A DNA stretch of 63,954 nt, counting the filler, from Aduncisulcus paluster (Eukaryota): assembly GCA_024181965.1 (NCBI GenBank). It is 7 parts of 7 records of this genome, joined end to end, with 100 filler letters (N's around TTAATTAATTAA, not from the genome) between each part and the next. Parts side by side here need not be neighbours in the genome. Positions count along the whole stretch, not along the records: positions 29,534 to 41,915 come from BQXS01011568.1; positions 42,016 to 50,230 come from BQXS01011569.1; 5 more parts are not named here. The stretch is one strand, 5' to 3'. Under the pieces are notes generated by a model that was not told the DNA's origin, searched no databases, and saw only the letters and a list, made by a program, of their open reading frames with translations. The translations under genes and the position numbers were made by a program. Of the stretch, positions 34,301-46,762 are shown piece after piece (positions within the stretch are counted from its first letter, which is position 1; each line of letters starts with the position of its first letter).

Positions 34301-37300
34301 ATTGTTAACTGTAAACGTAAGCTTTGTCATGCGTTATTTCAAGCGCAAAAGGATCAAGAGACTGAAAGACGAAGATTAGCTCGTATAGAACAAAGAGAGA
34401 TTGAGGAAGGTGGACATGGCTCCTCTTCTAGTTCACAATCGTTTGGAAGTGATGACGATTCTGGAGATCTATCGGAATCTTCATCTTCTTCAAGCTCATC
34501 TTTGGAGAGAGGGAGTGATGGAAGAGGTCATGATCATGATCACACAGGTGAATCAAGTTCAGAACAAATGAGAGGCTCTTCAGGGTCAAAACCACCTCCC
34601 CCCCTTATATCTTTCCTTTCTCTGTCTCATATATTCGCTTCTTCTTCATTCATTTATGCTTCTTTTACTTCTTTTCCTCCACAGTTAATTGCTCTGGCAA
34701 CATTTCCACGTATTTCTATTGATTTACAAATAGATACGCCTTCAACTCAGACTCTTACTGCGACTCCGGGATATTCGTCAGCAACATCAACATATATGAG
34801 TGTTCGAAAAACAACTAAAAAAGTTAAAGGGAGCTCCATTACATTCCCGTTTAATCTACCAACGCCAAGACATTTATCTGTGCCGTATGCACATTCACAG
34901 TTACCGATATCTGTTATTGGAACAACCACCACCACAACATCTGCATTTCATGGCCTTGGAGGCAATAGTCACACAAATGCTATAACTGCTGGTATAACTA
35001 CAACTTTCTCAGGATCTATAAATAGAGATGATGCAGCCGGGGGTGGGATTGTTGATGATGATTTACTCGAAGGATCTAGTACAACAGGGACTACAATGGG
35101 CCTTGGAGGAGGCGTTGGGACTGTTCTTGGAGCTTTACGAATTGATGGAGGAGGGAAACCAATGGGGTCTGCCGGTCGTTCTTCGGCTGGAACCGGTGGT
35201 GAATTAGTTAGGGCAACGACTGCATCTGCTGGTATAACCTCGAATTTATCCCTGACCTCGTTTGTATCCCCGGCTGTCATTCCTCTTGATTACAGGTTAA
35301 TCAATGTGAGTGATGCCATCTCATCGCACCAGATTGAAGGGAAAAAACGAGGTGTGATTGATTTCCACTCTATCGGCGATGGTATTCCAACTTCTTTCTA
35401 TTTCTGTGAAAGAGAATTAACTCCAGGTGGAAAACTCCTTCCTTCAATTTCTTCTCCCCTTCCTTCACCGGTTGGAAGAGGATCGTCTCCGGCTGGAACC
35501 GGTGGTTCTTCTTCTGCTCTATCCGACCGGCAAAAACGTCGGCTGGGTGACAAACGAATGAAGAAAGAAGCCCTTATCCGTCGTAAAGAGAAGAAAGAAG
35601 TTCGGATCCGTGGTCGTTGTGTTTGTGAATGTGTCTGGATTGGAGATATTCCACTCCCTTCTACAAGTGGTCATGGCCGAAGAGCTTCCACCGATCTTCT
35701 ACGGGGGGGTTCTTCGGCTGGAACCGGTGGTGCCGGCATCGAAGCCGATATGAATGATCCTAGAGTATTTTTGTCTCCTACTCACCATGATGCCGCTGAT
35801 ATTGACCGGATGGACGGAGAAGTTGATCGTCTAGACGGGGAAGGTAATGAGATATATCTTTCCATATCTCTTCTAAGTCCTTCCTTCCTTCCCACGGCTG
35901 TCAGTCTTCCGTTTATACCAGTGTCACTGTGTCTAGCTAAACCTTTGCCACCCTTTGCTTTCCCGAGTACTACAATGATTGGAATGGGAATGATGGCAAC
36001 ATCAAGACCTACATCAAGACTGTCATCTGCATCAAGAGCTTCTTCTCGAATGTCTGGAAGTTATGTTGGTGGAGCTTCTGGATCAGCTGTGGCACCATAC
36101 ACACTCACTCACTCGAGATCTCTGTTTTTTATGCTTCGTAGTGATGGAAGTTTTATCGGAAGTGCTCCTCAAAATGTCTATATAATGGCTGAGAAAGTTC
36201 AACAATGGGAAAAAATGAGAGCTCGGAAGAGAGGGTTGTCTGGTCTCACGGGTGCTGACATGTATGGTTCATCTCTAAGTGGAAGCGATATCGAAGAAGG
36301 AAATGGGACAACTGTTGAAGAATATAAAAAATTACAAATGCAACAAAAAATGAAACAAAGCTTAGTTTCAATTTCTTCCCTTGAATCCTTTCTTGGAAGA
36401 GTCTGTGAAAGAGTTCGTGAAGAAAGAGTTCGAAGGAAGGAAGAAGAAAGGAAGGCTAGAATAGAAAAAAGGAATTATTATCAAACTGGCGGTGCGGCGG
36501 ATAAAAATAGACACAAAATCCCATCATTGTTCGACCCACCGACACACCCTTCCTCATCATCGGTCCTCTCTTTCTCAAATCAAGAAATTGAGAAACTTGG
36601 ATCGTTGATGTCAGCTTCATCAACTCTATCGAGAGGACTTTCAGTTGATGATTTTGTATCTGCTAAATATTGTCTTCACAATATCACTTCCTCTCGTGTA
36701 ATATGGGATAAAATCAAGAACATATTCTCTATCAAACGTCGTTTCGGTGGCTCTGCTGGTCGTTCGGGTCTATCTGGAGGAATTGAGGATGATTCGGATA
36801 CATATTATGTTCCAGCCATCCCGGGAGATCTGATTCACACTTCATCTGCAAGATGCCTGACTGTTTCTGTGCATATCGGCTGTGTATACAATCTGCCTAT
36901 ACGTTGTGAATGGGAAGAAGAAGATCAACATATCAGTGGTGGTAAAAATAGAAGAGGGAAGAAAGGAAAGAAAGGGAAGAAAGGAAAGAAGAGAGGTGGA
37001 TATCATGGTCATCGTAGTGGCAGTGGTGGTGAGTATGGTGCTGTTGGAGCATCTTCCACATTCACCACACATGTTCCTGTTGCTATCCCAAGCTCCCCTA
37101 TTGCCCCCTTCTTTACCTTATCCTTCATGAACAATTCAACTTCTTCCCGAGTGTGTTCAGGAAGTAATCCACGAGTTAACGAAGAACTTACAATATCGAT
37201 ACCATTACCAACATGTCATACAGATGTTTTGGCAATGTTCTCACACTCACTCAGGTTGTCAGCATTCGATCTCACTGTGAAAGATGTCGAAAAGGATGAT

Positions 37301-40300
37301 AGATTCTCAGATACAATATTCAAACGTTACGAAAGACATTATTTGGGTTCTTTAACAATCCCTTTCTCAAGATTAGTCGATGAATCATCTTTCTCTGGTG
37401 TATTTACTCTCGATCTCCCTTTAATTTCTTTATCGTATGCCACTCTGTGTGCTGATGGTGAGATATGGGGCAATCGACATGAAATACCAGGTTGTGGTCA
37501 ACGTGGTGATGTGAACAATGAAGGAGATGAAGAGGAAGAAGAGGAGGAAGAAGGAAGGAAGAGGAGGAAGAAGCAACAGCAAAAACATAAATCCATGACC
37601 AGATATGCTTCTGTAAGTACTGCCATTTCTTCAGGAAGAGCAGGAAGCAGTGTTGTTGGATCTGATGGAATGGCCTACGATTCTTCTATGATCTCGCCGC
37701 CGTTACTTCCTCTTCTTTCTCTTCATGTTTCTCTTTCGCCTAAACTGATTCTCCCGACCCCTTCCTCCTCATCTCCAACAGAAATGGTTGGAGAAGGAGT
37801 ATGTGGTGTGAGCGATCGTGATAAGATCAAAAGAATTGAAGAAGAGAGGCTGAAAGCTTTGTATCACCTTGAAATGGGAATTATTCGTAGGAAAGAGAAA
37901 GAAAAAGAAGAAGAGGATCTGCTCAAGGAAAAAGAAGACGAGGAAGAAGAGGAAGAAGAGAGAAGAGGAAGAGGAAGAGGGAGTGGCGTATCATCTAAAA
38001 AACCTCCATTGCACGATAAAGATGTCGAAAAGGATGATAGATTCTCAGATACAATATTCAAACGTTACGAAAGACATTATTTGGGTTCTTTAACAATCCC
38101 TTTCTCAAGATTAGTCGATGAATCATCTTTCTCTGGTGTATTTACTCTCGATCTCCCTTTAATTTCTTTATCGTATGCCACTCTGTGTGCTGATGGTGAG
38201 ATATGGGGCAATCGACATGAAATACCAGGTTGTGGTCAACGTGGTGATGTGAACAATGAAGGAGATGAAGAGGAAGAAGAGGAGGAAGAAGGAAGGAAGA
38301 GGAGGAAGAAGCAACAGCAAAAACATAAATCCATGACCAGATATGCTTCTGTAAGTACTGCCATTTCTTCAGGAAGAGCAGGAAGCAGTGTTGTTGGATC
38401 TGATGGAATGGCCTACGATTCTTCTATGATCTCGCCGCCGTTACTTCCTCTTCTTTCTCTTCATGTTTCTCTTTCGCCTAAACTGATTCTCCCGACCCCT
38501 TCCTCCTCATCTCCAACAGAAATGGTTGGAGAAGGAGTATGTGGTGTGAGCGATCGTGATAAGATCAAAAGAATTGAAGAAGAGAGGCTGAAAGCTTTGT
38601 ATCACCTTGAAATGGGAATTATTCGTAGGAAAGAGAAAGAAAAAGAAGAAGAGGATCTGCTCAAGGAAAAAGAAGACGAGGAAGAAAGGAAAGAAGAGAG
38701 GTGGATATCATGGTCATCGTAGTGGCAGTGGTGGTGAGTATGGTGCTGTTGGAGCATCTTCCACATTCACCACACATGTTCCTGTTGCTATCCCAAGCTC
38801 CCCTATTGCCCCCTTCTTTACCTTATCCTTCATGAACAATTCAACTTCTTCCCGAGTGTGTTCAGGAAGTAATCCACGAGTTAACGAAGAACTTACAATA
38901 TCGATACCATTACCAACATGTCATACAGATGTTTTGGCAATGTTCTCACACTCACTCAGGTTGTCAGCATTCGATCTCACTGTGAAAGATGTCGAAAAGG
39001 ATGATAGATTCTCAGATACAATATTCAAACGTTACGAAAGACATTATTTGGGTTCTTTAACAATCCCTTTCTCAAGATTAGTCGATGAATCATCTTTCTC
39101 TGGTGTATTTACTCTCGATCTCCCTTTAATTTCTTTATCGTATGCCACTCTGTGTGCTGGTGGTGAGTATGGTGCTGTTGGAGCATCTTCCACATTCACC
39201 ACACATGTTCCTGTTGCTATCCCAAGCTCCCCTATTGCCCCCTTCTTTACCTTATCCTTCATGAACAATTCAACTTCTTCCCGAGTGTGTTCAGGAAGTA
39301 ATCCACGAGTTAACGAAGAACTTACAATATCGATACCATTACCAACATGTCATACAGATGTTTTGGCAATGTTCTCACACTCACTCAGGTTGTCAGCATT
39401 CGATCTCACTGTGAAAGATGTCGAAAAGGATGATAGATTCTCAGATACAATATTCAAACGTTACGAAAGACATTATTTGGGTTCTTTAACAATCCCTTTC
39501 TCAAGATTAGTCGATGAATCATCTTTCTCTGGTGTATTTACTCTCGATCTCCCTTTAATTTCTTTATCGTATGCCACTCTGTGTGCTGATGGTGAGATAT
39601 GGGGCAATCGACATGAAATACCAGGTTGTGGTCAACGTGGTGATGTGAACAATGAAGGAGATGAAGAGGAAGAAGAGGAGGAAGAAGGAAGGAAGAGGAG
39701 GAAGAAGCAACAGCAAAAACATAAATCCATGACCAGATATGCTTCTGTAAGTACTGCCATTTCTTCAGGAAGAGCAGGAAGCAGTGTTGTTGGATCTGAT
39801 GGAATGGCCTACGATTCTTCTATGATCTCGCCGCCGTTACTTCCTCTTCTTTCTCTTCATGTTTCTCTTTCGCCTAAACTGATTCTCCCGACCCCTTCCT
39901 CCTCATCTCCAACAGAAATGGTTGGAGAAGGAGTATGTGGTGTGAGCGATCGTGATAAGATCAAAAGAATTGAAGAAGAGAGGCTGAAAGCTTTGTATCA
40001 CCTTGAAATGGGAATTATTCGTAGGAAAGAGAAAGAAAAAGAAGAAGAGGATCTGCTCAAGGAAAAAGAAGACGAGGAAGAAGAGGAAGAAGAGAGAAGA
40101 GGAAGAGGAAGAGGGAGTGGCGTATCATCTAAAAAACCTCCATTGCACGATAAAGACTATCGAAAAGGAAGAGGAGGAGGAGGAGGAAGAAGAAAGGATG
40201 CGGAGGAGGATGAGTCCTCAATTCCACCTTCTTCAAGTGAGTTTGATGATGATGATACGTCATCATTTGATTTGGAGAAATTAAAAGGAGATCCATCCAC

Positions 40301-41915
40301 AGGAACTGCTGTTCAAAACAAATCGATGAAATCAACTCTTGCTGACTTATCTCGTTTCCCTACGTTAAGCACCCCGATTTCAATGAGCCATTACACTCAT
40401 CTTTCTAACCGAGTATCATTGTTTTCTTCTGCCACAGGTCAGGAATGTATTCGAAAGAAAAGTGACGGATCTTTTGCTGTTATGAGTTCATTTATTCATC
40501 CGATAATACCTCCACCGGAAGTCGTTGATGTTATTTCAGCTGCTCAATGGGTCAGTAAGATCCCTTACGTCGAAGATCAGGCTCTGTTCGCTGGGTCTTC
40601 CTCTTCATCTATTGACACTGGCACTAGCTCTGAATCTAGCTCTGGATCTGGTTCTGGATCTGCGATAGTCCCCAGTTCAGATGTTTCGGACATCTGGAAT
40701 ACTCCATCTGAACTTGTTGATTTGAAAGCAGGAGATGAAGAAGAACATGCCTTAATGTTGTGCGGTATTCTCTTGTATCTTGGGTGGGAAAGCATTCTTT
40801 GTGTTGGAGAGAAAGAAGGAGAAGGAGATATTGTTCTTGTCTGTGTTGCTGTCAATGAAGCTGATTACAATCGAACAAGTGCAAAGAAAATGAAAGAGAG
40901 AGAAAAGCAAGAGAAGAGAGAAAAACGAGAGAAGAGAATGAGAAGGGAAAAAGCTGCGACTGGAGGTGCTTCTTCCTCTTCTCTTTCCTCTTCTTCACCC
41001 ACGTATATTGATCCTCCCCAATTCACTCTCTTTCAGCATCATGACGTGGGTAAGAAGACTTTCAGAGAGAGAATATCCCTGTGGTGGAGGAAATTATTAG
41101 GTCAAGACAATGGGAATACCGATATGCAACAACAAATGTTACAACAACAGCAACAAATAACCACTGCTGCTGGCGGTGCTTCTGGTAGTGGTGGTGCTTC
41201 TTCTTCCTTAAGGTCTGGTAGTATTCGTGGTGGTGGCCTTACGAGTGCTGGATCGACTGCTTCTCTTCCATCAGCTCATTCCACTGGCTTTTTTCTTCTT
41301 CTTCTTCTTCTTCTCAATATGGTCTGACTTCTTTCTTTATTATCGACCCCTTGACTGGAGTGGTCCATGATATGCATTGTCATTCTTTGAGTGCTTCTTA
41401 TATACACACTGTTGTCACTCCCTTTAATGTGTATGGTCTCCAACAAGCTCATGAAGGAAAGAATATTCGTGAATTGTGTTGGAACTTTAATAACTCGGAG
41501 TGGTGGTTTAGTCTAGATGATCACAAAGAATGGATTCATCCAGGATTATTGCTATCTCCATATTCACAAGAACAAATACACGGCAATGGTGAAGATAAGT
41601 CCTCTGGAGGTATGCGGAATCCAGTTTCCCCCACCCCGATGTTATCTGTGACTCTTGCCATGAATGCCAGAAAGAGTCGTAAGCTAACCTTACCAGCCCC
41701 TCATCTTCCTCCTCTCTCTTCTCTCTCTTCTTCGTTACCCCCATCGCTTGAGTATACTCTCACTTTAGCTGTTGATGATGTACTGTTGAAGAAATTCCAG
41801 TCGTGGAGAGGTGAAGTTACACATTGGAATGTTTATGCGTCTCGAAGAATGACGTCGTTGTGTAAGGAATTGGCTGTCAGTGCAAACGAACGTGGGAGCT
41901 GGAGATGTTCGTGTT
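31397..41915 (+). CDS. CC2D2A: CC2D2A/MKS6-like ciliary transition-zone protein (C2 + transglutaminase-like domains), 3' truncated; interrupted by a 2134-nt internal duplication and a 1-nt frameshift
   Basis: HSPLISREEMLASEL, the C2 motif DVEKDDR...RYERHYLGSLTIPFS, DIWNTPSELVDLKAGDEEEHALMLC and IIDPLTG match CC2D2A motifs (HPCFSREHVLAAKL, RIERHWLGCVKMPFS, DLLAGDEEEHAVLLC). Confidence 0.85.
36983..40156 (+). repeat. Nested, apparently identical direct repeats of the CC2D2A C2 region
   Basis: The block DVEKDDR...YATLCA occurs four times. Junctions at ~38020, ~38685 and ~39158 lie at short microhomologies. Confidence 0.9.
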
Positions 41916-42015
41916 NNNNNNNNNNNNNNNNNNNNNNNNNNNNNNNNNNNNNNNNNNNNTTAATTAATTAANNNNNNNNNNNNNNNNNNNNNNNNNNNNN
42001 NNNNNNNNNNNNNNN

Positions 42016-42865
42016 AGAAGAAAGCAAGAAGAAGAAGAAGAAAGAAAAAGGAGGAAGAAGAAGAAGAGAGAAGCAAAGGGAGGAAGAAGAAGAAGAGAGA
42101 AGAAAGCAAGAAGAAGAAGAAGAGAGAAGAAAGCAAGAAGAAGAAGAAGAGAGAAGAAAGCAAGAAGAGGAAGAAGAGAGAAGAAAGCAAGAAGAAGAAG
42201 AGTCTGAAGAAAAGGAAGTATCTGTTGAGAAAGAGGAGAGAGTAGAGGATTCTGATGATGTCTTCAAAGTTCACACTCATTTCAGTCAGAATACTCCATC
42301 CATTTCAAAAGATAATCAAAAGAACAACGAAACGACAGCTGATGAAGAATCATCTGATCTATTTCACGTGGATCTAGCAGCCTCAGAAGACAAGGACAGT
42401 CTTCAGGAGCTCCATCCAAAACAGCCTCAAGAAGCAGAAGAAGAAGAGGAACAGTCAACCACGCTAGAGTCGAAAGAATCCAATAATAGCTCCGAGAATG
42501 AAGTTGAAGTTGAAGACAAGACAGATAAATCCCTTCCCCAAACAGAAGAGTCCAAGGATGACATTGACGCCCTCTTTGATGACGATGATGAAGAGGAAGA
42601 TAAGAAATCCACGGAGGAGGAAGAAGGAGGAAACATTGATGATGCAAAGAGTTCAAGACTCGATGAGAGTAGCCGTCTATTTTCAGATGATGAGGGACTC
42701 GATTCTGTTCTTAAATCAACTAATCTTGGCATTTTCCCTGATGAAACAAGCACCACTGATAATTTGGATGGGCTAATTCACGTTGGAACTGAAGAAGATG
42801 GTTCTGAAAATGAAGGAAGTGAAGAAAGTGAGGGAGGTTTTGGCATTGACGATTTTGAATTTTAG
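42016..42865 (+). CDS. Acidic/charged low-complexity protein, C-terminal fragment
   Basis: Open frame from the scaffold edge to TAG at 42865; contains four 27-bp ERRKQEEEE repeats (42095-42200). Confidence 0.6.
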
Positions 42866-43088
42866 TTTTAATTCTATGGTAGTTATTTTATATCATTTTG
42901 TCATTTTCTTCGCCCGCTTTATTTTCTGGGTTTTTTTACATTTCATTCAACCTTGAAATGATTCTAAAATGTCTTTCGAGATTTTCATTGAATTGAATAA
43001 TGTGAAATCTAATGCTTCCAATTGTTTAATTAGCCTCAAGTTTATTGGCCTTCTCCGTCTTTGATATTCTGTAACTAAGTGTCACTTT

Positions 43089-43267
43089 CATCCAGCCTGG
43101 GCCAGTATACTGTACTATACTGTACTATACTACTACTATACTACTATACTATAGTACAGTATATAGTACAGTATACCCCCAGTCTCGAAAGGGCTACATT
43201 ACTATACTATAAACTACTACTACATCCAGCATGGCTATACTATACTACTGTACTACTGTACTGTACC
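43089..43267. repeat. Intergenic TACTG/TACTA low-complexity element with an internal inverted repeat
   Basis: GTATACTGTACTATA (43105-43119) and its reverse complement (43162-43176); CATCCAGCMTGG occurs at 43089 and 43223. Confidence 0.8.
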
Positions 43268-43583
43268 GTCAAGCTTCGAATTTAAAGGGTATTTTGTTAA
43301 ATTCTGAATGACAGACTGTTATCGCGGATCCTGGACTCTGGAATCCCATCAATTATCGCCTTCGAAAACAGCTGTACTGTGTATTTTTAATGATATTTTT
43401 ACAGTTTATTCAAGAATATTTTCTCTGATTTCGTTACGACTAGCTTCCAATTGTATAGTGATCATCATGTCACTTGGACCAAGTCAAATTTGGGCTTTGA
43501 GGTTCAAATGAGTTAAAAATAAAAATTTCAAAGTATTCTTTAACCTTGTTAAGCCATTTTTGGTGGCTTTTCACGAGCTGCGA

Positions 43584-45611
43584 TCATCTCAACTGTGAGC
43601 GAATCATCTTGGCAACCTTCTTCTTCTTTTCCCTTGTCAAATGAATTTGTGTGGCCACATCATCTTCGGATGACACTGACCATAGTTGACTTGAAATTTT
43701 CCTCACCCCTTCTCCATCCTTTCTTGGAGAACCTGAATCTGAAGCGGTAAAAATAGCATAAAACAGAACTCCAGGCCATATTATATCGGAGATCAGAGTC
43801 AAAGTAGCGACAATTGGTAAAAGTTCAACCAATCCCCAACATTGCTGAGGAATGTTCATGGCATTCATTTTGAGAATTATTAAATTCACAAAATATGGAG
43901 TAAATATTGCACCAAATACAGAATACATGGATAAGAAAGTGGAAAAACCAGATGATTTTGGATGTAAACCAATCTGGTCTGGAGTAGAAGGAATGATTGA
44001 AACCAAAACAAGGATTATCAAGAAGGAAATTAAGGAGTACAAAACTAGAAACACCTGGCTTGTTGTCTTTTGAGTTATCTGCTTCACACCAAGCGAACGA
44101 ACAAAGCTCACAAACCACGAATGAGTTTGAATAATTGAATTAATAGTCCAAAACAATAGGGATAAGAAAGCTCGAGGAACAGCAACAAACGAAAATCTGG
44201 AACGATTGTGGGGATTGACAAGTGGAAGAGCCATAATCAATAAACCAGCAGAAACAACACGGACCCAAGCTATTTTCCTTTCGACTTGTGTAACTTTCGC
44301 CTCAGGAGACATTTCAGCCGAGATCTGAATACACAACACTGCCAAAAAGAACAAAAATACAACTATCCCAATAACAACATTGTGGACATAATTAATATCC
44401 AATAACAATCCAATAAACATCATCACACACATGATTGTTGCCTGAATAGTCCATTCCTCACGGAATATGAGGGATTGACAGGATTTCACTGAAGCAATCC
44501 AGACAGAATCTGAAATAGATCGAGTAAGCATTGAAACAGAATCTTTAAACTTTTGACTGGGAATTAAACCAGGATTTGAGGTCGGGGTTAAGGGATAAAC
44601 AGGCCTTGGCCTATCAGATCCAAAGAAGCCAAATCTAGGTTTTTTAGCTCCTTCTATCAATTGTGATCCCCCTATCTTTTCCACCACAGCACCTTTCTCC
44701 TTTTGGGATGGACGTTTTCTGACGGATGGAACAAGAGAAACCAAAAGTTTCTGCAATCTCTTCACAAGATTCGAAGCCTTTGGTCTCTTTTTACGATCCA
44801 TTGACAAACAATCATTATAGAGAGCTCTGAGGTCCTTCGGCACATCACGAGGCAGTGGCGGTATAGTACCACTTTGAACTTTTTTCATGATATGGGGCAG
44901 ATCCTTCCCTCTAAACACGATGCGTCCAGTTAACAATTCTCCAATGATACACCCAATAGCCCAAATATCACTGGGTCTTCCTGTTTCAGATCGGAATGCT
45001 TCAGGAGATAAATAGGGAATAGTACCTCCAAATGACCCAGTATATGAGATACGAGATTTCAAAGTGGTTGCCAGCCCAAAATCTCCAACTTGAACAGGAG
45101 ATAGAGCATCATTTTCAACACCATGATAAGCCACTTTTGAAAATACCGCAGGTAACATATGATTCTTAAGAATCGCATCACGAAGGGTTGAAGAGATAAA
45201 GATATTATCGGGTTTCAAATCACGATGGATACATCTTGATCCGTGAAGTTTGTTCAATCCATACATCACAAACAAACATATAGATATAGTGTCAATTGGG
45301 TGAATAGTCATAGGAGCGATTGAAGTCATCAAATCTCGTAAACTTCCACCCGAACAGAAATTCATTATAATTGACACGGAATCATTCTTCACTTGATCCA
45401 GTTCAACAGCTCTCACACGAACAAGGCATGGGTGTCGATGAACAGCCATTGCAGAAGCTTCACGAAAGGCAGACTGAAGTTCATCGGAATTCTTGAATGT
45501 ACATCGTTTAATACATACCCTCTCCTCAGTTTGATTATCGTGAGCTTCATACGCCACTCCAAATCCACCACTTCCAACTTCTCGAATAATATCATACCTT
45601 GCATGACCCAT
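43584..45611 (-). CDS. Ser/Thr kinase (NEK-like) fused to about 7 C-terminal transmembrane helices
   Basis: GSGGFG, VCIK, HRDLKPDNIF, DFGLA, GTIPYLSPE and DIWAIG; long hydrophobic segments after residue ~385. Confidence 0.85.
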   Translation of the reverse strand: MGHARYDIIREVGSGGFGVAYEAHDNQTEERVCIKRCTFKNSDELQSAFREASAMAVHRHPCLVRVRAVELDQVKNDSVSIIMNFCSGGSLRDLMTSIAPMTIHPIDTISICLFVMYGLNKLHGSRCIHRDLKPDNIFISSTLRDAILKNHMLPAVFSKVAYHGVENDALSPVQVGDFGLATTLKSRISYTGSFGGTIPYLSPEAFRSETGRPSDIWAIGCIIGELLTGRIVFRGKDLPHIMKKVQSGTIPPLPRDVPKDLRALYNDCLSMDRKKRPKASNLVKRLQKLLVSLVPSVRKRPSQKEKGAVVEKIGGSQLIEGAKKPRFGFFGSDRPRPVYPLTPTSNPGLIPSQKFKDSVSMLTRSISDSVWIASVKSCQSLIFREEWTIQATIMCVMMFIGLLLDINYVHNVVIGIVVFLFFLAVLCIQISAEMSPEAKVTQVERKIAWVRVVSAGLLIMALPLVNPHNRSRFSFVAVPRAFLSLLFWTINSIIQTHSWFVSFVRSLGVKQITQKTTSQVFLVLYSLISFLIILVLVSIIPSTPDQIGLHPKSSGFSTFLSMYSVFGAIFTPYFVNLIILKMNAMNIPQQCWGLVELLPIVATLTLISDIIWPGVLFYAIFTASDSGSPRKDGEGVRKISSQLWSVSSEDDVATQIHLTREKKKKVAKMIRSQLR

Positions 45612-46000
45612 AGATAATATTAGTCAATAATATAAAATATATTTAGGAATACTCTCTAATGTTGAATCAAATTCAAAAATTTCCATTATTTTGATCCTCG
45701 AAACCCAAAAACCCAAAAATGTAATCCAAAAACTCAAAATTCTTGACATCTTGATTAGAATGAAAATATTACACAACCATTAATACAATCAAAATAAGTT
45801 AAAATTTATTGATAGATTTTTTTTGTTTACTATCAGAATTTCTTCCTCTAAAGCGAAGTAGACGATTTGATCTTCAAGTTGGAAATCCCCTGCCATGCGG
45901 CCAATAAATTCAAATTTTAGAGACATATTGTGAGAATTAAGCAAAATATTTAAGTTGATAAACTAAAATAATAAGAGGATTTACAATATATCCCAATATA

Positions 46001-46762
46001 TCACTTTGAGGTACCTTTTCTCGTCATGGATCCTTCACAAAGATCAGAAACATTTCTAGGATGTAACCCAATACTAAGAGCATATGCTTGAGCAAAATGA
46101 CGGAGAGACCTTGGTAAACCACGGTATTTCCAGCCATAGAATAGAGACTTTTGTTTCTTTTCACACCCAATAATTCGTCTCTGGTATTCTTGATTTGATT
46201 CGTGAGGGAGCTGGGGGAAGAGATAACGAATAAGAGCAAGAAGTGAACAATTGTACGTATAAAAATGAATATACCAGGTGAGTACTAATTCTTGAGAATT
46301 TGTCGGGACGACTCGAGGTCGCTTAAACTCTGCGACTCGGGACCCAATCCTATCTTCAGCAACAAAAGCTGACATGACGCTTGATGTAAGCCCCCTAAAC
46401 TTATTTGTGATATAGCCGTGAAATACTTGTTGTTTCAGAGGACAAAATTCAGAGGAGGTTTGGGAACGATCAATAAGACCAGAAAGAGATTGAAAATCAA
46501 AGGAACCGAAAGAAATCGATCCTTGTGGGATGTTGGGAGAGGTTTTGCAAGAAGAGGAATAATGAGAGTCATCCAATGAAAAAGAGGGAGAAAAAGAAGA
46601 GATTTCAGAATAACTATCGGTTGGAGATTGGGTAATATAGGATGAATCACCCAATTCTGAGGTATCAATTGGTTGATAGGATGGAGAATCTCGATGGAAG
46701 GAGATTTGATCCTTGAACGGATGTTTGATGGAACAGGAACAATCTGGCTCAATAGTAATCAT
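46001..46762 (-). CDS. Hypothetical protein (~253 aa)
   Basis: ORF from the first in-frame ATG (46762); Ser-rich N-half and a helical, basic C-half. Confidence 0.55.
   Translation of the reverse strand: MITIEPDCSCSIKHPFKDQISFHRDSPSYQPIDTSELGDSSYITQSPTDSYSEISSFSPSFSLDDSHYSSSCKTSPNIPQGSISFGSFDFQSLSGLIDRSQTSSEFCPLKQQVFHGYITNKFRGLTSSVMSAFVAEDRIGSRVAEFKRPRVVPTNSQELVLTWYIHFYTYNCSLLALIRYLFPQLPHESNQEYQRRIIGCEKKQKSLFYGWKYRGLPRSLRHFAQAYALSIGLHPRNVSDLCEGSMTRKGTSK

Noticed and set aside
43089..43267. CRISPR-like array
   Set aside because: There is no constant repeat with unique spacers and no cas genes, and the context is eukaryotic.
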